Below are positions 53,074 to 64,000 of a DNA stretch of 64,000 nt, piece after piece. Position 1 is the stretch's first letter; the number at the start of each line of letters is the position of its first letter. Where the stretch lies: assembly GCA_003693705.1 (NCBI GenBank), contig RBZT01000545.1, forward strand, positions 1 through 64,000, given 5' to 3'. The stretch comes from Polymyxa betae A26-41. Lineage: Eukaryota; Protista; Endomyxa: Phytomyxea. Made by a program: the position numbers and the translations under genes. The notes below the pieces were generated by a model. It was not told the DNA's origin. It saw only the letters and a program-made list of their open reading frames with translations, and did not search any database.

Positions 53074-54466
53074 TCAGTCGTCAACGGAACCAGAAAGAAC
53101 TTCGGAGCTTGTAACCGGTGCGATAATCGGATCGAATACTCGAATGAACTCCGATACAGAAATAACCAGCTTTACATCTGGTTCTCCGCCACCCAGCCAC
53201 ACGAAATCAACTGTTTCCACGATGCGCTGATCCAAGACAAAAGGAACTTCGAGCCCGTGACGGAACCCGAGCGGCGACCTGGACAAATCACACCACGTGA
53301 GCCAGTATTTCCAAAGGACAATTGTCGTCTAGGACGTACACAGCATTGTGGACAAATCCGGAGAGCTGGTCGTTATCTGCTTCAGAGGCAACACGAAAGT
53401 TGTAGCGCTTTCTCGCAGGTGCAGGCGGTGGAACTGCATGGCGCAAGTGCTCGATGAGCTTCTCGTTCACAAACTTCACTTCATATTGCTATCGTAAAAA
53501 AGGTTAATAACAAGGTCACATCGATCGCGATAAATAAACAAAGATTTAGACATTACAGCTAAAATTACAAGCAAGTATCAACGTGAGAAATTGAGTTATA
53601 ACAGTTTGTGGAATGAAATTACAAACGAAGTCATGATTGTGATTTGAAAAACGTTGGATAAAAGCAGAACCCTGAACAACGAAGATCGGAAGAAACTCAC
53701 GTAAATGACGAGATAATGAGAGGCATAGAAGCGGTCAAACGGCGCTTTGCCGAGCTCAATGAGAGGTGCCTTCTTATTTACCATCAGCATCGATTTACAT
53801 AAATTCGAGACGGTCGGCGCCTGTAAACACGCCCGGCGCTGCTCCAATGTCCACGAATAATAGTCGCCGGGAGTACGTCGCAGGCGGCATTGACTCAAGC
53901 CGAGACGGATGATCTCCCGGCGTTGTCGTTGCATCAGATCTGTATCTTTACCCAGCAAATCGGTCACGTAATCTGTAGCGAGGGTAAGACTATCGCAAGC
54001 ATTACAGATCCGAAATCCAAAAAACCCAAACTCAAGAAAAACTATTTGAGCATCTGCTAAATCCGGTTATAAACTGTCAGTAAATTCCCAAAAGTTCATG
54101 ATCCTATCAAGTCTGACAAACGCTACCGATAGCATGAAAAGGCACCCGAAATCTAGAACCCATGAAATGACAAAAACTAAGCGAAAAGCCGAGAAGGAGA
54201 ATGAGTTTCAGCGAACCATTTTCAGATTGTGGCTGTGACCTGAGAGGGTTCTCACCACGATTGTCTACAACCGGCTTCATAGTAGTAGTCGGTTTCATAG
54301 AGACGCCATTAGATTCGTTAGCGAATAGGCGGGATCTGGTTGGCGCGCCCTCAGAGCTGCATTGGGTCAGTAGGCTGCGAATTCGTGCTATTCGGTCCTC
54401 AATAGAGCTGATCTTAGCCTGAAGCTGGCCCAGGCGCTGTGCAGATGACGTCCCTGGCGGCGACAT
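53074..54466 (-). CDS. YbaK/aminoacyl-tRNA editing domain protein, multi-exon; first exon tentative
   Basis: DYYSWTLEQRRACL...LCKSMLM, QY, LSGFVHNAV|SPLG, VWLGGGEPDVKL; putative N-terminal coil RLGQLQAKISSIEDRI. Confidence 0.8.
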
Positions 54467-55713
54467 TTCCCTAATTGTGCGCATCGGGAAGCTCAAGCAC
54501 ACATTGAACAAAATCGCATCTTCCATAATCTGGAAAGGCTTTCGGATCGGGATGGATAAAGCATATCGCAAGGATCTTACTAATTGTTCATCGATTCCAT
54601 CGCAGGTTCGCTGGCTGATCATCATGAGTTTTGGATAATTCGCCCTCCCTCAATGATGGCACTATGTCGAAGGTTTTTGAATATGTACGAAACCAGCTCA
54701 TAGTCTTTGGCCAGACAATTGTATCTTCGCAGGCAGCCAAACATGAAACTGAGGTGACAAACAAAGTACAGTCGCCCAACAAACATGCAGCAACTGAATC
54801 AAGCGAAACAGGCCAAAATCGGAAATTAGTATTATTGTCAAATTGCGCATTTGCTCAAGTAGGGATGGCGTGGGCCAGTACAATCCCTTTCGGTTCAAAT
54901 TTGATCAGGGCGTAATCTGGAATTTTGAATTCGCTTGAGAGCACTGGCATACGTAATCAGAAGTTTCTCCAAACCGAGTCAGGCTGCACATTTGCTTCTC
55001 TTGACTGCAGATATTTTATTCAAGAAATACCGGCTCGATAACAATCTGGAGGTTGCATACATGTCCTGAAACGTCTAAAGCTCAAAGGTTCCACAATTTC
55101 ACAGGGAAATGCTACGTTCGGCCGATTCATTTCAACATTCCTGTTCACAAAGGCCAGCCCATAGAGAAGCGTTGGCTTCAGGTCTCAGAAGGGCCAGGAC
55201 GCCCATCACAGTTGCGACTAACAACTGCATTATCATCGTTGCTGACGTTGCACGATGTCAAAGGATATCCTGAACCGGGTTCGGAAGTGGATCCCATGCA
55301 TGCATGTGCCGGCACCAAAGCGAGCCTTTACGAGGGAGTTCCCGTAAGAATGAATTCTGCTATAATCGCTGGTTCTGGCAATAATACATTCTGGATAGGA
55401 GAGAGTACGAACTGGAATTTGGCGAGTACGACGCCGACTCAGAATGGACGCTAAGCGATCAGGAATATGAACCTTCTCGGCCGCAGGTGAAAGTCAATCG
55501 TAACCTGTTTAAAGACGCTGCATAAGAATCTTGGAATGAAGACGCGGTCGGTAATCTAATATACAAGCTCAAAATGGTCAGGGAACAATGGCTCATCCTT
55601 TCGGTCAAAGACACTCGCAGTGTCAGCTTCGGTTTCCATTAAACGAATGACAGAGCCAAATATTGCAGAAGTTTGGTGTATTGATATATTGGATTCAGTT
55701 AGAAAACAACAAT

Positions 55714-57415
<1,702 letters not shown>

Positions 57416-57837
57416 TCTTTCAGATTGATGATAGCAAAGCTCGATATCTATAAAGCCAAGTTGATTGGGGAGCCTCCCTGCCAGTCATTGAATCACTGAT
57501 GAGTGATGAAACGTAATCGTGACTTTACGTTAGAGGCTGCGCCAGTGAGGTTGCGCTAAGTGACAAATGACAGAAGTCGCATAAGTGCAATGCACAAGGC
57601 ATCCTCGACACATTTGTATAAAGGAGTTTCAAATGTCAGGTCGATGTGAATTTATCTGTTTTTCGACAACAGAAATGTTATGATTGCGGAAACATATTTT
57701 CGGAATGCTCAGTCCATACTATATGACTGAACTATTCTTGGGAAGCTATCGAATGTTTGAGCATTTTGATTTCCCGAGATTTTTCTGGCTTTCGCTGTTA
57801 TGAGAATGTCGAATCGAAGTTGTATGCTGTAAGAAGT

Positions 57838-57909
57838 GGTTGTGTGGTGCAGTGGTAGCACGTCGCCCTCCGGAGGCGAAGGTCGCGGTTTCGACTACCG
57901 TCACGATCA
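57838..57909 (+). tRNA. tRNA with CCG anticodon (nominally Arg), 72 nt, atypical
   Basis: Complete cloverleaf: acceptor GGTTGTG/CACGATC, D stem GTGC/GCAC, anticodon stem TCGCC/GGCGA with loop CTCCGGA, T stem GCGGT/ACCGT with loop TTCGACT, discriminator A; a T6 run follows. Confidence 0.85.
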
Positions 57910-57916
57910 TGAACCA

Positions 57917-57922
57917 TTTTTT
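57917..57922 (+). terminator. Pol III oligo-T terminator of the tRNA
   Basis: TTTTTT begins 8 nt after the discriminator base. Confidence 0.7.
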
Positions 57923-58123
57923 GGCATTTTGGTTGTTAAAAATGTTCGGCCACCTCTGTAAAATCTCATACAAAGCTGCTGGCAACATTTAACGGATTCC
58001 TGTCCATACAGACGGCGGTTGCCTCAGTTTTGTTGAAGCCCTAAACCCTAAGAAGACCCTGCTCGCAATCATCCTGCTCGCCTGCTGTCATATCAACGAC
58101 GATGCGGCGATTTATTGATCGAT

Positions 58124-59861
58124 TTAGTCGAGCTGATCTTGTGCACGTGCGATTCGATCGCGGCATTCACCTGCCTGAGCGCAATCGGTCCCGAACAGCG
58201 TCTCGTAGATGGCGGCTGCATCCGAGAAGTTCTGCACAGCATCTTCGGGTCGGCCGGCCACGACCAGGACATCGCCGCGAGTTTTGAGTAGGTCCGCAAC
58301 CTGATTGCTGTTCGGCCCATGTAATCGCGATTCGGCTTTGACCACGAGACTCAAGTATTGAAGAGCTCCAGACGCATTTCGCTGCCGAACGAAAAGGAAC
58401 GCGATCTGGCGCAGGGTTCGGGCGACCGGAGCTGACCATTTCCCGTGCAATTGACGGAACACTTTCAGCGATCGTTCGAAGTTCTCAATCGCGGCCGTAC
58501 TGGTCCCGGACTCGGCCAGCGCCATTCTACGCTGGACGGTCAGATTGCAGATTCGCGTGATCTTACACAATAAATAAACTTGTTGCATTATAGAAACACG
58601 ATTCCGAAAATCGATTAGAAAATCACGAACGAAAGATTGGTGAACGAACCCGAGATAGAAGAGGGCATCTCCCATTTCCTGCTTGTATACGAAATTATTG
58701 GCGACGCCAACGGCGACAGCTTTAGTCAAAACATCGATAGCTTTCTGGACAGTGGTTTGGTCAGGTTTGACATCAGCCGTGTCGGCAACGGGAGGACCGG
58801 CAGCGGCAAGTTTTAGGTAGGCGCGTCCTAATTGCAGAAATATGATCAGCATGTCCGGATGTGTACTCGATACATCAAGAAGTTTCTCTTTCATCGCTTG
58901 TTCTAACGTTTCGACCGCATCGCCATGGAAACGCTTCTGCAACAAATATTCATTTTTTTTAACTGGAAAATTATCACAAAGCAATCCAACGGCAATCGAC
59001 GTTTTTGGTAAATTGCATAGAATGTTCAAGAGACGAATGGAAATAGAGGTAACGTAGAGTCCTGAACTGCTAAAAATCAAAAAGTAGGAAATACTGCTTA
59101 AAAGTAGAATTTGGAGTTCGTGCTGTCAAAATTTTCAAAAATGTTCTGTTCATCTTTCCCTGAAAATTCACCAAAAGCTTAAGTAAAAAAAACGATGAAA
59201 TTTGAAGGGGCGTGAGATGCGATCATGGATTGGTCATGACTATACTGACATGAGTATGTTCTGCAGCCATTGCAATCATTAGATCAACTCTATGAGTAAC
59301 AGATGCAGCATATCCGAGTAGTTCACGAGCCTGACCTAGAATCGGGTCGGCCTTCGTGAATTGACGAAGTCCGATTAGAGCCTGGGCCAGTGTCGCCAGA
59401 CCCGTGAATCTTAGCGCTGCTGCATCCGGATGATCGATCGAGGCTAATCGCTCCAGTACGGTATGTGAGTGCATCTCCGCCTGGGCGTACAGGCCCCGGC
59501 GAAGATAGGCGCGGCCGAGACGGGCCATCGCCAATGTCACTTCTGGGTGACCTTTCCCGAAACATAGCTGCGCTAGAGCCAAGCAATGCATTCGGGCCGT
59601 CACGGCCGCCTCGAAATCGTGCTGGTCCTCGGCTTCGACGGCGCGGACCGAGAAACTGGTGAGGCGCTCCTCGGGCGGCGTCATGTCGATGGGTTCGGCG
59701 GCAGCAGCGGCGGCCGCGGCGGCCGATTTTCGTGAAACGCGCCGTTTGGTCTGTGTATGAGGTTGATGATGATGCCCATGACCGAACATGAGAGCGGCAT
59801 GATTGAAGGCCATCGTACTATCGAGGCCGATGATGGCCGCCGATTTCGAATGCGAACTCAT
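58124..59861 (-). CDS. TTC23-like / kinesin-light-chain-type TPR protein, multi-exon
   Basis: PPEERL...MHCLALAQLCFGKGHPEVTLAMARLGRAYL...AQAEMH; KLC-type TPRs (LHGKWSAPVARTL, LHGPNSNQVADLL, LFGTDCAQ). Confidence 0.7.
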
Positions 59862-60667
59862 GGCCGCACAGAGGGCGACGTTCAGTCGGGGCTCAATCTG
59901 CTGCCCGGAAACCAATCACAACCGAGATCGGAGCAGATCCCGAAAAATATCTGACAGCGTATCTGGGGCACGCCCTCAGAATTCGACGAATCTGGCAGAA
60001 GCCACTACGGTTTGCATTCTGCCGGAGATCACACCAGATGCATTTCCGCCCAGTACACAAAGCACATTCGTTGAAGTACAACTGACCGAGTTAACAAGAA
60101 GGAAATTTAATTTGATACCAAAATTTAGAAATGACTTCAAAACTTTTTTTAAATTAAGTTATTAAGAGTTTTTATCTTCTTTTATAAGACTTCAGTATAG
60201 TAATTTTACAAAAGTAAATCTGTTGTTCGTGATTATCTGTATTGACGGCAGACACCGTAACAATTATCGGCCGCGCAGAACTCGCTAAGGTTCTCTTCAT
60301 ACTACATGGGTCGGATGGTATAATTGGCTATGGCGTCGATTCTGTCACATGATCGTTGCATGAGTGATCCGATGAATACACATTTCGGTCAGATCAACGT
60401 TTTCGTCTTTGTCAGCCCATTAAACAGCTTAAGTAGAGAGGCTATCGCTGATTTGAGAGCTGATTGATCAAACTTCATGTGCGATCATTCTATGAATATA
60501 TCTAGATTGGTTTTGAGAGCTTGCAATTGCCAATAATCAGAGAAGAGCAATTTGCCATACATTGACCACCGGGGTTCTGTACCCATGGGACAACGTTTTG
60601 GTATTAATACTTACAGAACAATTGTATTACAAAACTGCGAATATTAAATAACTACCCGCAATATGTA

Positions 60668-60711
60668 TAAACCATCTTTCGAGTTCCCGTAAACCATCTT
60701 TCGAATTCCCG
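60668..60711. repeat. 22-bp tandem duplication
   Basis: taaaccatctttcga(g/a)ttcccg occurs twice. Confidence 0.9.
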
Positions 60712-60899
60712 TAATGTTCGCATTGTGTTTTTTTATACATTATTGGGGAAATGGTGCGTACTAATTGCTCGAAAACGTCCGGTCGGACCTGACTTCTCAA
60801 ATGCCTTTATTGTCCACAAGACACCATATATAATCATAGTCACAAAATATTCATCAAATGGCATGGTACATCAAGGCACACGCAATTAACTATGCTCGA

Positions 60900-61716
60900 T
60901 TATTCTTCGCCAAACGGTATGGGAGATCAATTTTTTCTGTTCGTCAAGTCTCGGATTATGAGGGCACGTCTTCAGAAGATACACTTTATGCAAACAGTCC
61001 CAGCACGCGGCTTCTTTGATTCCCTACTAAACGTTGTAACGGCACAAGGCCGTTTTAGTGAAAGTTCCTGTCGCTCACGTAACAGATCCAACTCACATTG
61101 CTCCGCATTATCATAAACATATATAATTCTTTTACAAAAGCCTTTTTGCCATCTTCAAGATGAACTTTGTGAACTTTAAGGCTGATTCCATGGCCTCACG
61201 AAAACGAACAGGGCGCAAAGCGCCTTCTAAAAAAATTAATATAACTTTTCGAACCTCGAGACAGTTCAAATGACTCAGAGTATTGGTGATCCTCAATTAC
61301 CGATTTATACTAGTAACTAAATCTGTAATGAGAGCCTTCGGCCGCAGATTAACATTCATCTTCAATCCCGAAGATAAGATGAGCTGTAAAGCATGAAAGC
61401 CTTCAGCAGAGTCTCTAAGGTTTCAACGACCTTTTCAGTCGGATTCGCCTTCTTTCTATCAGATAAATGATGTTCTTCGATTGTGGTCCATAAATGAGGA
61501 TCAATCATCGATTGCAAAGAACGCGGCTTAACCGATTGTGTTACACCTTGATCCTGCGCGTCGGTTAAACAGCTGCGATAACGAGTCAGTTGACGACGAA
61601 GGGACCGCATAGTCAGAATATTGCCGCCGCCACCGAGACAGGCGCGGAGCTGGCTGGTGATGAGCTTTTAATCTTGGCGAGTCTGCGGGCGGGATGACGG
61701 GCAATGGCCATGCCAT
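60900..61716 (-). mobile_element. Degenerate LTR-retrotransposon Gag-like remnant
   Basis: Frameshifted pieces RSLRRQLTRYRSCL...SLQSMIDPHLWTTI, LKMNVNLRPKALITDL...LEGALRPVRFREAM and a decayed Zn-knuckle CWDCLHKVYLLKTCP resemble protist Ty3/Gypsy Gag. No LTR or pol is recognisable. Confidence 0.5.
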
Positions 61717-61936
61717 ATTCCAGCGCGATCGGCCGTAGGCGGAAACGATGAGGCGCTTCTTGGCGGGAGAGAGGAGCGGGGTCCGGTATGCGCCAATCTG
61801 GTCGAGCCCAAACATAGCGCGGCTGGCTTTGTCGACGCGATCTTCCAGTTGTACATCGTGTGCGACCAGGCATCGCGGACCTGTACGCCCAGCAATGTCG
61901 TTGAAGAGACAGCCGGGAGGGGTGCGCCGTTCAGGT

Positions 61937-62382
61937 TAGGGCTCCGACCGGGTACGGGTAGTACCCGGAAAAACCGGATCGGGTACTGGTCGGGTCGGGT
62001 GCCGGATAGGGGGTGGTGCCCGACCCGACTACCTGTCGGGTAGTTTGATAGGCACGGACTTATTTTCTGCGCATTGATAATTACTTCGATTTACGATGTG
62101 AGGATCCTGCAGTTGATCCTTTAGATTACTGGAAAGCGCACGCCCAACAGTTTCCTAATCTCAGCGCTGTGGCAAAAGACATTTTGTCGATTTCGGGCTC
62201 TTCAGTCGCTGTCGAGCGAATATTCAATTGCGGCCGTGACGTGATTATATTGGGCTTCGGCGACATTCTTTGAAACCAGAAACCTCTTCTTTGATGTTTG
62301 GTAAGTACTATTTTGGATATTGTATGGATGGGTACCGGATAGAGGCAGGTACCCGACCCGTTAGTACCCGGTCGGAGCCCTA
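61937..62382 (+). mobile_element. Non-autonomous hAT DNA transposon (446 bp)
   Basis: Perfect 19-bp TIRs TAGGGCTCCGACCGGGTAC and perfect 8-bp TSD GTTCAGGT (61929-61936, 62383-62390). GGGTAC/TACCCG subterminal repeats. Internal hATC dimerisation relic DPLDYWKAHAQQFPNLSAVAKDILSISGSSVAVERIFNCGRDVI. Confidence 0.97.
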
Positions 62383-62390
62383 GTTCAGGT

Positions 62391-63683
62391 ATAGTGGGAC
62401 GTACTGGTCCACTGCGGGACAGCAGACATCTGGTACAAAGCGGCCAGATACCTTGCTGGCAAATGGTTTGGAGACATGGAGCCTACGAAAAATGACGAAA
62501 TTTCCGAGGTATTCTATCTTATCACTCATCTGGTGTACACTGGCAACAGCTACATGTCAAGGGATCTGTGCTCGTGTATGAAGTCGCTTCTGAAGAGCTG
62601 GAACGATTGGATGTACTTCAAAATGGAAGAATGGCTGACGTCCGGAATTGAGCTTTGGAATATTGAATATCTTTCAGAGTTGCAAGATTATTTTCTGGCA
62701 GTTGATGGGGCTGTACCCGAACAATTGTCCAGGAATTTCGCTGCCCTGTCTGAGAGTACAGTCCAGGACTGGATGACCAAGATGGTATGCAATGGCTCGC
62801 ACAATTGTCTGTTCGTTTTGTTGATTGAGATCTTGCTTTAGGTTAGTGACGGGACCTCGTTCAGCAAGGTTGACAGTGCTGCCCATACACTGTTTTTATA
62901 CTACAGGGTGCGTCTATCCTACTATCTACAACCCCACAATTTCGGCCCTGTACCCCAAGTACGAGCATCTTTGTGAGCCCAGCGCACAGTCTCGTAAAAC
63001 AAGAGTACAAAGGCAGTGTCAAAAACGACGGGAGGCGGCAATCATTCCAAACATTTGTAATGAAATCGATGGAATGGAATCCAACTGCCCGAACTGTTGC
63101 GGGCCAGGATGTAACAATCGCGACCTTACAAACGGGAACTTTCCGAGCGTGTTGGAAGTCAAGAGCACTGGCATCTATCAGGATGGCGTGTTTGCGAAGG
63201 AAGACATCTCGGCCGAGGTCATGATTGCGGAATACACTGGGCTGGAACGTTCGACTATAATGCTCACACAATATCCCCATTTTATCTGATTTCCCAGATC
63301 ATGTGCAAAAGTGAATACGAGGATCCTGCAAAGCCTAATGAGCACGACCCGAATTACACTGCTACTGCCCCAGCTTGGCCATTCATCGTGATCGTTCAAA
63401 AGGTTGATGGCTGCTGGCCCACCGCTTCCAAAATCAATCACAGCTGTCAGTTAAATTAAATGCTGACATGCGCAAACGGACAGATAGCAGTGGTAATACC
63501 CGGTTAACAATATGGACGATCAGACCCATCGCCAAGGGTGAGGAGATCACTTATTGGTATTTCACAAAGAAATGGAAAACCAAATGCCTCTGCAAGGTCT
63601 GCAGAATGCGGAAAAATTGCGACCGTATCTCTGCAGGCCATTCCTTCCAAAACGTCATCGACGACGTAGAAGTTGAAAACTAG
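62391..63683 (+). pseudogene. SET-domain (Cys-rich pre-SET, SET, post-SET) methyltransferase pseudogene with an upstream helical domain
   Basis: CPNCCGPGCNNR, GVFAKEDI...IAEYTG, ASKINHSC, IRPIAKGEEITYWY, KCLC. Frameshift and stop at 63451-63460, another frame change near 62930. Confidence 0.8.
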
Positions 63684-63705
63684 TGTGATTTTCAATAAAT
63701 TATCG

Positions 63706-63894
63706 TATCGATACCAGATCAGTATGCTTAGGGTTACAATACCAGAACAATTCCATCTCAATTTTCTATCAAATATAAGCGTTCTGACTGATACGATACC
63801 ATATCGATACCATATGAGCGCTCTGACTGATACGATACCATATCGATACCATCACAGCGCTCTGACTGTAACGATACCAGGTCGATACCATATC
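63706..63894. repeat. 39-bp minisatellite (3 good units plus diverged units)
   Basis: Units agcgYtctgactgatacgataccatatcgataccat... at 63778, 63817 and 63856; diverged 39-mer at 63721-63759; internal cgatacca sub-repeat. Confidence 0.9.
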
Positions 63895-64000
63895 AGTGTT
63901 AGTTTGGGGAGTTGAACTGATTGAAATTTTATTGAGCGTACGAACCCAAATTTCGAGATTTGGAATTTGATTTTTTTGGGAGGCTTGGCTATTAGAGGAC

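Noticed and set aside
57838-57909. CGG codon reassignment (e.g. to Trp) suggested by the Trp-like tRNA(CCG)
   Set aside because: CGG encodes the invariant Arg of helicase motif VI (AHRIGQ) in ISWI at 25294-25296.
63778-63894. CRISPR array
   Set aside because: Units are contiguous with no unique spacers, the context is eukaryotic, and there are no cas genes.

Overview
Gene-dense eukaryotic nuclear DNA, moderately AT-rich, with many short (~45-60 nt) GT-AG introns. The gene set (SAS6-like, TTC23-like, Brr6/Brl1, FAN/NSMAF) points to a flagellated protist, probably with closed mitosis; a SAR parasite such as a phytomyxid is a guess I cannot confirm from the sequence. About 25 intron-split genes were reconstructed by hand: SAS6L, Qc-SNARE, DUF229 enzyme, OTU1, a giant cadherin-like repeat protein, Nudix, YKT6, BUB3, a C2-domain protein, ISWI, Brr6/Brl1, FAN, LRR, Adp1-type ABCG, NUUM-like complex I subunit, TKL kinase, Sel1 protein, Med18, a GT-like protein, a secreted effector-like protein, YbaK, thiolase and TTC23-like. 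There is also one atypical tRNA(CCG). The last ~4 kb is a repeat and pseudogene zone: a Gag remnant, a cleanly delimited 446-bp non-autonomous hAT element with 8-bp TSD, a SET-domain pseudogene and a 39-bp minisatellite. The best leads are an apparent DUF229 + xylosyltransferase C-terminal (Xylo_C) domain fusion, the ~12-repeat secreted cadherin-like adhesin, the tRNA with a U53-A61 pair and Trp-like D-arm, and a pseudoknot next to an AT-rich foreign-looking fragment at the window start. All family calls come from motif recognition by eye with no database search, and exon boundaries are manual.
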